Below, one piece after another: positions 1 to 9,855 of a stretch of 64,000 bases of DNA (within the stretch, counting starts at the first letter, position 1; every line of letters begins with the position of its first letter). Both the position numbers and the translations under genes were made by a program. A model generated the notes under the pieces. The model searched no databases and had not been told where the DNA came from. It saw only the letters and a program-made list of their open reading frames with translations. This stretch comes from Vulcanimicrobiota bacterium (GTDB lineage Bacteria > Vulcanimicrobiota > Xenobia > Xenobiales > JADMJV01). Where the stretch lies: positions 791,659 to 855,658 of the forward strand of contig JBFWNU010000002.1 in NCBI GenBank assembly GCA_050250895.1, given 5' to 3'.

Positions 1-905
1 ATGTAGGCGTAGTCGCCATAGTTGAGCCCGCGGATTTCGCGCAGCCGCTGATACAGATAGCTGTTGCTCGAGCGATGTTCGCCAAAATAGGAGCGCACCA
101 GCCAGAGGGCCGTCCAGTCTTTGTGGCTGCGATTGACCTGGATGGGAAATCCCAGCGAGAAGGCGGTCGAGCGGGTCGATTTCTTGACGATGGTCAGATC
201 CCGGCCGGAGAGCGGCTTCGGCTGTGGGAGTTGGCGCGAGGGAACGGGTCCGTCGGGTAGTTTGGAAAACCCGAGGTAGAATTCTTTGGAGAAGCCCGGA
301 CGGTAGCCGCCGGCCAGTCCGATGGTCAGGGCGCCCCGGGTGTAGTGGGTTCGATAGAACTGGCGCACCTGATCCAGGGTGATTTTCTCCAGGCTGTCGA
401 GGGCTCCGGCGTTGTGATGGCCGTAGGGGTGGCCGGCGTAAATCTGGTTGTAGAGGACTTCCTTGCCCAATTCCTCGTCGTTGCTGGCTCGCAGGTCCTC
501 TTTGAGAAAGTTGATGAGCTGGGCTTTGACCCGCTCGAAATCGTCGGGGCGAAAGCCCGGGTCGCAGATCATCGAGGTCATCAGTTCGGAGTAGCCGTCG
601 AGGTTGTCGCCATGGGTCACTCCCGAAAAGACAGTGACTTCCTTGCCTATCTGAGCGTCGACCTCGGCGGCCCAGGGATAAAGACGATCGAGGATCTGGG
701 GATAGGTCAACTCGCGACTTCCTCCCTGGCTCAGCATGGCCGCGGTCAGGGCGGCCACGCCCTCCTGACCTTTGGGGTCGTCGGCCGAACCCACCTTGAA
801 CATCAGACGAATCGAGACCAACGGGCTCTGGTCAGGCAGCACCAGCATCTCTTGCGTCAGGCCGGGGAGGCTGAGCAGCCACAATAGCAACAATAGCTTT
901 TTCAC
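1..905 (-). CDS. M16 family zinc peptidase, partner (probably non-catalytic) subunit; 3' end runs off window
   Basis: Own translation: GTG overlapping the upstream gene's TGA (GTGA) gives MKKLLLLLWLLSLPGLTQEMLVLPDQSPLVSIRLMFKVGSADDPKGQEGVAALTAAMLSQGG, an M16 N-terminus with HxxEH replaced; signal peptide. Confidence 0.8.
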   Translation of the reverse strand, partial: MKKLLLLLWLLSLPGLTQEMLVLPDQSPLVSIRLMFKVGSADDPKGQEGVAALTAAMLSQGGSRELTYPQILDRLYPWAAEVDAQIGKEVTVFSGVTHGDNLDGYSELMTSMICDPGFRPDDFERVKAQLINFLKEDLRASNDEELGKEVLYNQIYAGHPYGHHNAGALDSLEKITLDQVRQFYRTHYTRGALTIGLAGGYRPGFSKEFYLGFSKLPDGPVPSRQLPQPKPLSGRDLTIVKKSTRSTAFSLGFPIQVNRSHKDWTALWLVRSYFGEHRSSNSYLYQRLREIRGLNYGDYAY

Positions 906-2224
906 GAGTTCTTCTCCTTGAGGGTCACGATGGTCCGCTGGTCGGGAACGAAGTGCTGCGAGGCGACCTCTTGCAGGTCTTGCAGGGTCAGGTCCTCGAT
1001 GGCCTGGTAGTAGCGGTTGATGAGCTGGGGATCGGGTTCGAGGCTCACGAACCAGGCCAGACTGCTGGCGATGGCCTGGGGGCTATCGAGACTGAGCGCG
1101 TATTCGTATTTGAGCCGCGATTTGACGGCTTCCAGGCGCTCCGGGCTGACTGCGAGCTTGGGCAGCCCTTCAAAGGCTTCGAGAACCTGGCGCCGCACTT
1201 CGTCATATTTGGCGGGGTCCTTGACGCGAACGGCCATGCCGACCAGAAATGGGTCGCGCTTGTGCCAGAAAAAGGGCTCGAACTTGTCCACCGACTGGTC
1301 TTCGAGCATCAGCTTTTGATATAGCCCTGAGTTCTCGGAGAAGGCCAGGGCCTCGATCACCTGCATGGCGGCGGTTTGGCGCAGGTCGGAAAAGGGGGCC
1401 GATTTGTAGCCCACCATCAGCCAGGGCAAGGTGGGAGAGCCCCACTCGATGTGCGTCTGGCGGGGTCCCACCTGACCGGGTTCGGCGGGAATCTCGGGAG
1501 CGTAGTCGCCAGCTTTCCAGGGGCCGAAGTACTTCTCGACCAGAGCCAGGGTGGGCTTGACCTCGAGGTCGCCGACCAGCACCAGCACGGCATATTCCGG
1601 ACGATAGTAGCGGTTGAAGAAGGTCTGACTGTAGTCATAAAGGTTGGGATAGTTCTGGATGTCTTCCAGAAAGCCCATGGTGGTGTGCTCATAGGTATGG
1701 TGGTCATAGGCGGTGGCTTGCAGCACTTCGAACATCTTCTCGGTTGGGTTCGAGCTGTTCTTGTTGTACTCGCCCAGCACGGCCAGCGACTCGGTCTTGA
1801 AATCCTCTAGCGAGAACTTCAGGTTCTGGAAGCGGTCGGCTTCATAGTCGAGGATCTGCTCGAGGTCGCCTTTGGTGAACACCTTGTGGTAGGTGGTCTG
1901 GTCGTCCCAGGTCCAGGCGTTGCCGGCCACTCCGGCGCGCTTTAGCATATCCTGCGCTTTCTCGGGCGGAAAGCGCGGCGTGCCCCGAAACATCAGGTGC
2001 TCGAAGAAGTGGGCAAAGCCCGAGCGCCCCGGTTCGACCTCGTTGCGCGAGCCCACCCGCATCACCATCTGCAGAGCCACCGTGTCGGGCGTCTCGCGCG
2101 GCAGGATGATGACGGTCAGCCCGTTGTCGAGCTTGGTCTCGGTGTAGTCGAAGGGAAAGACTTCGGCCTGCACGGGCAGGCAGAGCCAGAGGGACAGGCA
2201 GAGGGCGGCTGCAAACTTCTTCAT
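902..2224 (-). CDS. M16 (pitrilysin/insulinase) zinc peptidase, catalytic subunit, signal peptide
   Basis: VGSRNEVEPGRSGFAHFFEHLMFRGT (HxxEH), LDNGLTV; start reassigned to MKKFAAALCLSLWLCLPVQA at 2224. Confidence 0.92.
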   Translation of the reverse strand: MKKFAAALCLSLWLCLPVQAEVFPFDYTETKLDNGLTVIILPRETPDTVALQMVMRVGSRNEVEPGRSGFAHFFEHLMFRGTPRFPPEKAQDMLKRAGVAGNAWTWDDQTTYHKVFTKGDLEQILDYEADRFQNLKFSLEDFKTESLAVLGEYNKNSSNPTEKMFEVLQATAYDHHTYEHTTMGFLEDIQNYPNLYDYSQTFFNRYYRPEYAVLVLVGDLEVKPTLALVEKYFGPWKAGDYAPEIPAEPGQVGPRQTHIEWGSPTLPWLMVGYKSAPFSDLRQTAAMQVIEALAFSENSGLYQKLMLEDQSVDKFEPFFWHKRDPFLVGMAVRVKDPAKYDEVRRQVLEAFEGLPKLAVSPERLEAVKSRLKYEYALSLDSPQAIASSLAWFVSLEPDPQLINRYYQAIEDLTLQDLQEVASQHFVPDQRTIVTLKEKNS

Positions 2225-2259
2225 GGTTCGGCCGTTTGCGGCCGGTCGGGCCAGCTCCT

Positions 2260-3093
2260 TCAGGTGTCGGCCAGACGCTGGCGGCCGGTGTAGAGATTGA
2301 AGCCGCTCGCTTTGGTGAAACCGATGAGGGTAACCTGAAAGCGGTCGGCCAATTCGACCGCCAGGGTCGACGGGGCACCCAGGGCCACCACTGTAGCAAA
2401 GCCCGCCATCACGGCCTTTTGCAACAGCTCGAAGCTGGCCCGCCCACTGAGCAACAAGACCCGGTCGTCGGCCGGCAGCCGGCCGTCGAGAAACAGGCGC
2501 CCCACCAGCTTGTCGGTGGCGTTGTGACGGCCGACATCCTCGCGCACCAGGTCGAGTTCCCCATTGGGCAGGCAGGCTGCCGCAGCGTGCAGGCCACCGG
2601 TTCGCTCGAACAGGTCCTGGTGGTGATGGAGCCTGGCCGGCAACGAGCAGACCCAGTCGAAGTCGAGGCGGGTCGGGCCATACGGTAGCCTGGGGCACAC
2701 CGTTTCAAGCTGATCCAGCGACTGCTTGCCACACACACCGCAGCTCGAAGTGGTATAGACGTTACGGCGCAGCCGCTCGGAGTCAAAGGCCACGCCGGCC
2801 CGCAGGTGCAGCCTCACCACGTTGTATTGCTGGTCTTTGCGATCGGTGCAATAGGTCATCGACTCGACCTGTTCGGGCTGGGTAAAGAGGCCTTCGCCGA
2901 AGAGAAAGCCGGCCACCAGCTCGAAGTCGTGGCCGGGAGTGCGCATGGTCACGGCCAGATCGACGGCCGGCAGGCCCGGCAATCCCACCCGAATTTGCAG
3001 GGGTTCCTCGGTGGCCAGCTGATCTTTGAAGGTCTTGCACCCCTCGGCACGATAGCGCCACACCGAGCGCTTGGCGGCGGCGCGACGGCTCAC
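2260..3093 (-). CDS. fdhD: formate dehydrogenase accessory sulfurtransferase FdhD
   Basis: EEPLQI, MRTPGHDFEL, SSCGVCG, TGGLHAAA, REDVGRHNATDK motifs; GTG start overlaps stop of upstream molybdoenzyme. Confidence 0.95.
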   Translation of the reverse strand: MSRRAAAKRSVWRYRAEGCKTFKDQLATEEPLQIRVGLPGLPAVDLAVTMRTPGHDFELVAGFLFGEGLFTQPEQVESMTYCTDRKDQQYNVVRLHLRAGVAFDSERLRRNVYTTSSCGVCGKQSLDQLETVCPRLPYGPTRLDFDWVCSLPARLHHHQDLFERTGGLHAAAACLPNGELDLVREDVGRHNATDKLVGRLFLDGRLPADDRVLLLSGRASFELLQKAVMAGFATVVALGAPSTLAVELADRFQVTLIGFTKASGFNLYTGRQRLADT

Positions 3094-5390
3094 GAACTGG
3101 CTTTCAGGCTGACCACGATGTGCTTGAAGGTGGGAGTGTTCGAGCCTTCGGCCACGGACTCGAGGGCGGTCAGCGCGTTGGCCTCGGGGAAGTAGCAGGC
3201 CAGACAACCGCGCGGAATGGGGTAGGGGACGATAGCGAACCCGCTCAGGCTGCGCTGGGTGCCCTGAAAGTGGCTGGTGATGTCCACCCGCTGACCCTGG
3301 CGAAAGCCCTGCTCGACCAGATCTTGCGGATTGGCCAAGACCACCTTGCGATCACCGTGGATGCCGCGATAGCGGTCGTCGGGTCGATAGATGCTGGTGT
3401 TGAATTGGTCGTGAGCGCGCACGCTCATCAGCAGAAATTGGCTCGGTCCGGTGCTCTCGGAAGGAACGGGATGAACGGTGAAGTGAGCTTTGCCATCGGC
3501 CGTCTCGAAACGCCCTTCGCGGGGCGGATTGACGGGATAGAAGCCGCCCTGGCGGCGGGCCCGGTAGTTGAAGTTGCGCAAGGCGGGCACCACCTGGCCC
3601 AGGTGGTGGCGGATGCGGTCATAGTCTTCGGCCATGGCTTTCCACGGGATTCTCGATTGAGGCAGGGCGGCCTGGGCCAGACCGGCCAGGATGGCCACCT
3701 CGCTCTTGAGCTGGGGCGAAGCTGGCTCGAGGTGACCGCGCGAGGCATGCACCCGTCCCAGCGCGTCTTCGACCGTGATGAACTGCGGGCCCCCGGCCTG
3801 GCGGTCGATTTCGGTGCGGCCCAGCGTCGGCAAGATGAGGGCCTGGCCTGCGGTGACGAGGTGTGAACGGTTGAGCTTGGTCGAGATCTGCACGCTCAGC
3901 TCGCAGCCGGCCAGGGCCTGCGCGGTGCGGACGCTGTCGGGGCTGGCCAGGGCGAAGTTGCCTCCCAGTCCTACGAAGACTTTGACCTGGCCGGCTAGCA
4001 TGGCGTGGATCGCGCTCACCACGTCATAGCCGTGGCCCAACGGAGGCGTGAAGCCGAACTCTTGTCCCAGCGCTTTGAGAAACTCGCCATCGGGACGTTC
4101 CGTGATGCCGGCCCGGCGCACCCCCTGCAAATTGCTGTGACCAGCCAGGGGGCACAGACCGGCTCCCGGCTTGCCGAAGCAGCCCCGCACCAGGAGCAGG
4201 TTGACCATCTGCTGGATGGTGGCCACGGCGTTGGGCTGTTGGGTGACGCCCATGGCCCAGCTGATGATGATACGCCGCGAGCGGGCCACCATCTCGGCGG
4301 CGCGCTCGATGAGGTCGCGGCTCAATCCGCTCGAGCGCAACACGTCACCCCAGGATTGAGACCTCAGGTCGTCGGCGAAGGCGGCGTAGCCGCGGGTGTG
4401 TTGGCGCAGAAACTGGTGGTCGAAGATCGAGTTGGGTCGCTCTTCTTCACGCTCGAGCAGGGCCTTGAGCATGCCCTTGAAGACGGCCAGGTCCCCGTTG
4501 ATGCGAACCGGCAGATGCAGGTCGCACATAGGCGTGCCTTCGCCCATGAGGAGGTTGAAGGCCTTGATGGGATGGACCAGTTGGCGGGGGTTCTTGAAGC
4601 GGACCAGTCCGGCCTCGGGCAGGGGGTTGAGGCTGATGACCCTGGCCCCGTTGGCCCGAGCTTGCTCGAGGGCGTCGAGCATGCGAGGGTGATTGCTGCC
4701 CGGGTTCTGGCCGACGACCACGATGAGATCGGCTCGATAGAAATCCTCCTGGCGAACAGTGGGTCCGTCGTGACCGATCACTTCGCGCAGGGCGCGGACG
4801 CTCGACTCGTGACAAAGGTCCGAGCAATCGGGCAGGTTGTTGGTGCCCAGCGTTCGGGCCAGCAACCCATAGAGAAAGGCTGCTTCGTTGCTGGTGCGAC
4901 CCGAGCTATAGAAGACGGCCTCAGCCGGGGACGCCAGGGTTTGCAGTCGTTGACCAACCAGTCGGAAGGCATCCTCCCACTCGATGGGGCGATAGTGGTC
5001 GGCGCCCGGTTCGAGCACCACCGGCTCGGTCAGCCGGCCCTGGGCGTTGAGCCACTGGTCACTTTGCTGAGCCAGTTGTGCCAGGCTGTGCTGGGCGAAG
5101 AAATCGCCAGCCAGGCGGCGCGTGGTGGCCTCGTCGGCGATGGCTTTGACACCACTTTCGCAGAACTCGACCCGTGAGCGGTGCTCGGGCTCGGGCCAGG
5201 CGCAGCCATGGCAGTCGAAGCCCTCTTCCTGGTTGGCTCTCTTGAGGCAGCCCAAACCGCGCCACCAGCCAGTTTGTTGGCTGACAGCTCGGGCTGCCTC
5301 ACGGACCGAACCAAGCCCTCCGGCCACTCGGGCCGGGGGAGTGGGGGTGAAGTCAGAATTCGAGGTCTGGCTCGGGTCGTCTTGTTTCAT
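3090..5390 (-). CDS. FdhF/YdeP family molybdopterin oxidoreductase
   Basis: GFDCHGCAWP, EFCESGVKA, YSSGRTSNEAAFLY, NNLPDCSDLCHESS, RAHDQFNTSIY; adjacent to fdhD. Confidence 0.93.
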   Translation of the reverse strand: MKQDDPSQTSNSDFTPTPPARVAGGLGSVREAARAVSQQTGWWRGLGCLKRANQEEGFDCHGCAWPEPEHRSRVEFCESGVKAIADEATTRRLAGDFFAQHSLAQLAQQSDQWLNAQGRLTEPVVLEPGADHYRPIEWEDAFRLVGQRLQTLASPAEAVFYSSGRTSNEAAFLYGLLARTLGTNNLPDCSDLCHESSVRALREVIGHDGPTVRQEDFYRADLIVVVGQNPGSNHPRMLDALEQARANGARVISLNPLPEAGLVRFKNPRQLVHPIKAFNLLMGEGTPMCDLHLPVRINGDLAVFKGMLKALLEREEERPNSIFDHQFLRQHTRGYAAFADDLRSQSWGDVLRSSGLSRDLIERAAEMVARSRRIIISWAMGVTQQPNAVATIQQMVNLLLVRGCFGKPGAGLCPLAGHSNLQGVRRAGITERPDGEFLKALGQEFGFTPPLGHGYDVVSAIHAMLAGQVKVFVGLGGNFALASPDSVRTAQALAGCELSVQISTKLNRSHLVTAGQALILPTLGRTEIDRQAGGPQFITVEDALGRVHASRGHLEPASPQLKSEVAILAGLAQAALPQSRIPWKAMAEDYDRIRHHLGQVVPALRNFNYRARRQGGFYPVNPPREGRFETADGKAHFTVHPVPSESTGPSQFLLMSVRAHDQFNTSIYRPDDRYRGIHGDRKVVLANPQDLVEQGFRQGQRVDITSHFQGTQRSLSGFAIVPYPIPRGCLACYFPEANALTALESVAEGSNTPTFKHIVVSLKASS

Positions 5391-7056
5391 TGTCGAGCAG
5401 TTGCGCCTCTTTGTCTTTGCCGAGATGTCGCAGCACGGTGGCCAGGTTGGTGCGGGCTCGGACCACCTCGGGGTGGTGGGCGCCCAGGCTTTCGGTCAGC
5501 GTCGAGACCGCCGCCGAGATGAGTTCTTCGGCAACCTCGGTTTGGCCCCGTTCCAGAGCTAGCGTGCCCAGGTTGACCCGCACGGTGGCCGTGCGCGGAT
5601 GGGTGGGCCCGAGCCGCTCACGCCAGATTTCTAAGGCCTGCTGAAAGCCTCGTTCGGCTGCCTCGAGCTGTCCCGCTTGCTGATCCAGGCCGGCCAGGTT
5701 GTTGAGGCTGGTGGCCACATCGGGATGATCTTCGCCGAAATGCCGGCGGCGAATATCCAGAGCTTGTTGCAAGGCTGAGCGGGCATCCTCGAGGTTGCCC
5801 AGGCCGCGCTCGCTTTCCCCCAGATTGTTGAGGGTGGTGGCCAGGCTCGGGTGGCCTTCGTCGAGGCTTTCTTGCTGAATGGCCAGGGCTCGCCGGCACA
5901 GGCCGCGAGCCTCTTCCAAGCGACCGCTGGCCAGGTAGAGCGCGGCCAGGTTGTTGAGGCTGAGGGCCACGTCGGGGTGCCTCTCGCCGAGTGATTCCTC
6001 CCATAGCCGAAAAGACCGAACATAGAGCGGTTCGGCCTGGTGATAGCGGCCCTGGGCCAGATAGAGCATGGCCAGGTTGTTCAGGGTCACGGCCAGATCG
6101 GGATGATACGGCTGCAAGACCTTCTCGCGGATCACCAGCGAGCGCAGATAAAGACGCTCCGCCATCTCGAGTCGACCCATCACGCGATAAAGTTCGGCCA
6201 GATTGTTGAGGTCGGTAGCCACCTCGGGATGCTCGTCGCCGTAGCAGCGACGGTCGATGCCAAGAGCCCGTCGAAACAACACCTCGGCCTGCTCGAAGTT
6301 GCCCTCGAGGCGATGCAGTTCGGCGAGATTGTTATAACAGGTGCCCACGCTGGGGTGTTCGTCACCCGAGCGCTGGCGATGCATCTCGAGCGCTTGCCCC
6401 AAAAGCTCGCGGGCCTGACCCAACCGACCCTGCTTGCGACAAAGTTCGGCCAGGTTGTTAAGCCCGGTGGCCACGTGGCTGGGCTGGTCGTGTTCTCGCC
6501 AGCAGGCGACCGCTTCGTTATAGAGCTGGTGGGCCAGGTCGTAGGCCCCCAACTGCTCGTGCAGGCCGGCCAGGTTGTTCTTGACGGTGGCCACCTCGGG
6601 ATGGTCTTCACCATAGACTTCCATGCGCAAGGTGAGAGCTTCTTTGAAGAGCTCGCGGGCCTGCTTGAATTCTCGCTCGCACAGGCGCAGGCTGGCCAGG
6701 TTCGACAGGCAGGTGGCCAGTCCCGAAGGGTCGCGATGGCCGCGATAGGCCATCAGGGCCTGGCTGAGCATCCGGTCAGCCTCTTTGTAGCGTCCGGCCG
6801 TAACCAGAATTTCTCCCAGGGTGGCCTGACACGAGGCCGCTTCGAGCGAATCATCACCGCGGTTTTCGCTTTCGACCGCCAGCGCTTTGCGGATAGTCCG
6901 CTCGGCCTCTTCCAGCCGGCCCGTCAAGCGATAGAGAACGGCCAGATTGGCCAGGGTGACGGCGGGCTCGTCGGTCTTTTCCAACTCGGCGCGGAAGAGC
7001 TCTTCGGCCAGACCGAAATTGCCGTTTTGAAAGGCCGCCAGCGCGCTCGAACTCAT
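5353..7056 (-). CDS. tetratricopeptide repeat protein (kinesin-light-chain-like 42-aa TPRs)
   Basis: About 12 repeats of HPxVAtxLNNLAxLY; start probably MSSSALAAF at 7056. Confidence 0.88.
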   Translation of the reverse strand: MSSSALAAFQNGNFGLAEELFRAELEKTDEPAVTLANLAVLYRLTGRLEEAERTIRKALAVESENRGDDSLEAASCQATLGEILVTAGRYKEADRMLSQALMAYRGHRDPSGLATCLSNLASLRLCEREFKQARELFKEALTLRMEVYGEDHPEVATVKNNLAGLHEQLGAYDLAHQLYNEAVACWREHDQPSHVATGLNNLAELCRKQGRLGQARELLGQALEMHRQRSGDEHPSVGTCYNNLAELHRLEGNFEQAEVLFRRALGIDRRCYGDEHPEVATDLNNLAELYRVMGRLEMAERLYLRSLVIREKVLQPYHPDLAVTLNNLAMLYLAQGRYHQAEPLYVRSFRLWEESLGERHPDVALSLNNLAALYLASGRLEEARGLCRRALAIQQESLDEGHPSLATTLNNLGESERGLGNLEDARSALQQALDIRRRHFGEDHPDVATSLNNLAGLDQQAGQLEAAERGFQQALEIWRERLGPTHPRTATVRVNLGTLALERGQTEVAEELISAAVSTLTESLGAHHPEVVRARTNLATVLRHLGKDKEAQLLDNETRRPEPDLEF

Positions 7057-7195
7057 CTGCCGGCTTTCGCCACCCCCAGCTTTGTGCCTTCCAACAGCCT
7101 GTTCACTTAGGTTTAACAACTTTGGGGGGTGACCGGAGGTATCTTCAGTTCAGAGATATTTAAGAGATACACAAGTCACCTCCAGGAGCCACGAC

Positions 7196-7324
7196 ATGAA
7201 GAAAAGCCGCATCGAGATTTCCATCCCCACCCAGAACAAGGCCTATGTTCGCACCGAGATGGACTGCCAGCACCAGCTCGAAGCCAAAGCCGCCGAGTCT
7301 TGCCGCCAGGAGCAGGCAGCTTAG
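7196..7324 (+). CDS. small hypothetical protein, 42 aa (not in ORF track)
   Basis: CAGGAG RBS shortly before ATG; MKKSRIEISIPTQNKAYVRTEMDCQHQLEAKAAESCRQEQAA; fills intergenic gap. Confidence 0.6.
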   Translation: MKKSRIEISIPTQNKAYVRTEMDCQHQLEAKAAESCRQEQAA

Positions 7325-7402
7325 AGCAGCCCGAAACCAGACGGTAGCCGCGCGGGTTGATCCCTTTGACGGCCGCAGCCGGCGCGCCGCTGGAGAATTA
7401 CG

Positions 7403-8911
7403 CTGAATCTGCGCTTTGATAACCGGTTCCTCGAGGAACTTCCCGGTGATCCCCGCGAGGGTGGCTATCCTCGTCAGGTGCTTGGCGCCTGTTGGTCGCG
7501 GGTCAAACCTACCTCGGTTCGAGCCCCTCGCTTGTTGGCCTATGCCCGCGAAGTGGGCGACCTGCTTGGCCTGACCGCTCAGGAAATCGAATCGGAACGC
7601 TTTGCTCAGGTCTTTGCAGGCAATGACCTCGAGCCCGGCATGGACCCCTACGCCGCCTGCTATGGTGGGCATCAATTTGGCAACTGGGCCGGTCAACTCG
7701 GCGACGGCCGGGCTATCAACCTGGGCGAGGTCGTCCATGACGATCGCCGCTGGGAGATACAGCTCAAAGGCTCCGGGCTGACCCCCTATTCGCGCCACGC
7801 CGACGGGCGGGCGGTATTGCGCTCCTCCTTGCGCGAGTTTCTGTGCAGCGAGGCGATGCACCATCTCGGGGTGCCCACCACTCGTGCCTTGAGCCTTGTG
7901 CTCACCGGCGACCAGGTCATTCGCGACATGTTTTACGACGGCAACCCCGAGCCCGAGCCCGGAGCGGTGGTGTGCCGGGTGGCTCCCTCCTTCTTGCGCT
8001 TCGGCAACTACGAGATTCTGGCCGCCCGCGACAACACCGAACTGTTGACCAAGCTGGTCGACTTCACCATCGACCGCGACTTTCCCGAACTCGAGGGCGA
8101 CCGGGCCGCCTGGTTTGGCGAGGTCTGCCGGCGCACGGCCGTGATGGTGGCGCACTGGATGCGAGTTGGTTTCGTGCACGGCGTGATGAATACCGACAAC
8201 ATGTCGATCCTCGGCCTCACCATCGACTACGGGCCCTATGGCTGGCTCGACAACTTCGACCCCGACTGGACTCCCAACACCACCGACGCCGCCCGCCGTC
8301 GCTATCGCTACGGCCATCAACCGGCAGTGGCCCAATGGAATCTAGTTCGCCTCGCCAGCGCTCTGGTCGGCCTGTTCGAAGACGACACTCCCCTGCAGCA
8401 AGGTCTCAACGATTACGTCGAGGTGTTCAACCGCACTTCCCAGGAGTTCAACCTGGCCAAGTTCGGCCTGGGCCAGGCCGACGACCTCGAGCTGGTCGAA
8501 GAAGCCTACGGTCTGATGGCTCGAGCAGAAGTCGACATGACCCTCTTCTTTCGCGCCCTGCCCGGCGCTGCCAGCGTCGAGGACCTGGCTCACGCCTTTT
8601 ACGACGAGGACAAACGCCAGACCCACCGCGACGAGTTTTCGGCCTGGCTCGAGCGCTATCTGGGCCGGGCCCTTCCCGAACGGCGGGCCACCATGGATGC
8701 CGTCAATCCACTCTATGTGCCTCGCAACTATCTGGCCCAGGAGGCCATTGACGAGGTCGAAACCAGCGGCGAGACGACTCGCCTCGAAGCACTGCTCGAG
8801 GCCTTCCGCCGCCCCTACACCGAGCAACCTGGCTGCCAGCACTTCGCCGAGAAACGCCCCGACTGGGCTCGTAATCGCCCGGGTTGCTCGATGCTCTCAT
8901 GCAGTAGCTGA
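7403..8911 (+). CDS. selO: protein adenylyltransferase SelO/YdiU
   Basis: [51 protein letters not shown]-terminal CSMLSCSS; in-frame conserved [15 protein letters not shown] upstream of 7478 implies a non-canonical CTG start near 7403. Confidence 0.93.
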   Translation: MNLRFDNRFLEELPGDPREGGYPRQVLGACWSRVKPTSVRAPRLLAYAREVGDLLGLTAQEIESERFAQVFAGNDLEPGMDPYAACYGGHQFGNWAGQLGDGRAINLGEVVHDDRRWEIQLKGSGLTPYSRHADGRAVLRSSLREFLCSEAMHHLGVPTTRALSLVLTGDQVIRDMFYDGNPEPEPGAVVCRVAPSFLRFGNYEILAARDNTELLTKLVDFTIDRDFPELEGDRAAWFGEVCRRTAVMVAHWMRVGFVHGVMNTDNMSILGLTIDYGPYGWLDNFDPDWTPNTTDAARRRYRYGHQPAVAQWNLVRLASALVGLFEDDTPLQQGLNDYVEVFNRTSQEFNLAKFGLGQADDLELVEEAYGLMARAEVDMTLFFRALPGAASVEDLAHAFYDEDKRQTHRDEFSAWLERYLGRALPERRATMDAVNPLYVPRNYLAQEAIDEVETSGETTRLEALLEAFRRPYTEQPGCQHFAEKRPDWARNRPGCSMLSCSS

Positions 8912-8944
8912 GGGCCTGTCAGGAAGTAATCCCTGACAGGCCCT
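8911..8944. terminator. strong hairpin directly after selO stop
   Basis: AGGGCCTGTCAGG-N8-CCTGACAGGCCCT 13-bp inverted repeat; no U tract. Confidence 0.5.
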
Positions 8945-9082
8945 AGCCTATGGATAGATCCGAAAGGGTGGGGCTACAGGAGCGCCTGGAGTGGGGTCAG
9001 GACGGTCGAGGCCGGCTATGATTAGGCGAGCATCGAGTTCTAAACCTGATGCATTCCATCTAAATGGGGAGAATATTTACTA

Positions 9083-9460
9083 ATGAAGACTCATCACGCC
9101 GCCTGGTACAAGCCCGAATACGACAGCACCTGGGACCGCGTCAAAGCCGCGTTTGCAAACGATTGGGAGCAGACCAAGAACGACTTCGGCTCGAAGTTCG
9201 CTCGCGACCTCGACCAGGATGTCGACGACACCATCAAGCAGATGGCCGGCAAACAGTCGACCGTTCGCTTCGGCGAGCGGGAATTTGACGACATGGAGCC
9301 GGCCTTCCGCTATGGCCACGCCGCGCGTCGCCACTACAACAAGGATTATCCCACCTGGAACACCGAGCTTCACAACAAGCTAAAAGCGGATTATCAGGGT
9401 GACTGGGACCGTGACTGGCCCCTCGTTCACCATGCCTACGGCTATCGCTATAAGGGCTAG
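9083..9460 (+). CDS. hypothetical soluble protein (W/Y/D-rich)
   Basis: GGGGAG RBS, 125-aa ORF with coding-like codon usage, followed by terminator. Confidence 0.8.
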   Translation: MKTHHAAWYKPEYDSTWDRVKAAFANDWEQTKNDFGSKFARDLDQDVDDTIKQMAGKQSTVRFGEREFDDMEPAFRYGHAARRHYNKDYPTWNTELHNKLKADYQGDWDRDWPLVHHAYGYRYKG

Positions 9461-9496
9461 TCAGACTCGACCGGCAACGGCCGGACGATACGACGG

Positions 9497-9524
9497 GAAA
9501 GCCCCGCTCTCGAGCGGGGCTTTC
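9497..9524. terminator. intrinsic terminator hairpin
   Basis: GAAAGCCCCGCTC-TC-GAGCGGGGCTTTC perfect inverted repeat. Confidence 0.75.
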
Positions 9525-9569
9525 GGTTAGTTTCAGGGTAGTTTGAGGCGATTCGTCTAACCTGGCTGC

Positions 9570-9845
9570 ATGAGAATTCACGCTTTGACTCCGAGCTATA
9601 GCTATCCATCCCGGCCGGCGGCCAGCCCGCCCCCCAACAACCCCGGTCCTCAGGACCAGGTGACCATCAGCCGTCGTAAGCAAGGCCGCGCCTTGGAGTG
9701 GGCCGGGTTCGCGGGCATGATGGTCGGTGGGTCAGTGGTGGTAGCCAACAGCGTGGGCCTGATGTCGGCCGGCGGCGGCCTGGGCCTGGCCATCGCGGCC
9801 GCCGGCGGCGTGGCCATGGTGGCCGGCCGCTATATGCAGAACTGA
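9570..9845 (+). CDS. small membrane protein with disordered N-terminal leader and two Gly/Ala-rich hydrophobic segments
   Basis: MRIHALTP...PQDQVTIS then hydrophobic hairpin; TAACCT 6 nt before ATG. Confidence 0.65.
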   Translation: MRIHALTPSYSYPSRPAASPPPNNPGPQDQVTISRRKQGRALEWAGFAGMMVGGSVVVANSVGLMSAGGGLGLAIAAAGGVAMVAGRYMQN

Positions 9846-9855
9846 ACTGTCACCC

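Noticed and set aside
2225-2698. N-terminal extension of the M16 peptidase ORF in the track
   Set aside because: Overlaps fdhD; the signal peptide begins at 2224
5353-7056. Periodic GGCCAGGTTGTTGAG repeats
   Set aside because: Explained by ordinary TPR coding repeats (LNNLA)
8909-8944. TGA followed immediately by a hairpin at the end of selO, suggesting selenocysteine read-through (SECIS)
   Set aside because: The position equivalent to the Sec of eukaryotic SelO is already Cys (..SCSS), and the protein ends at the family-typical CSS, so TGA is the true stop
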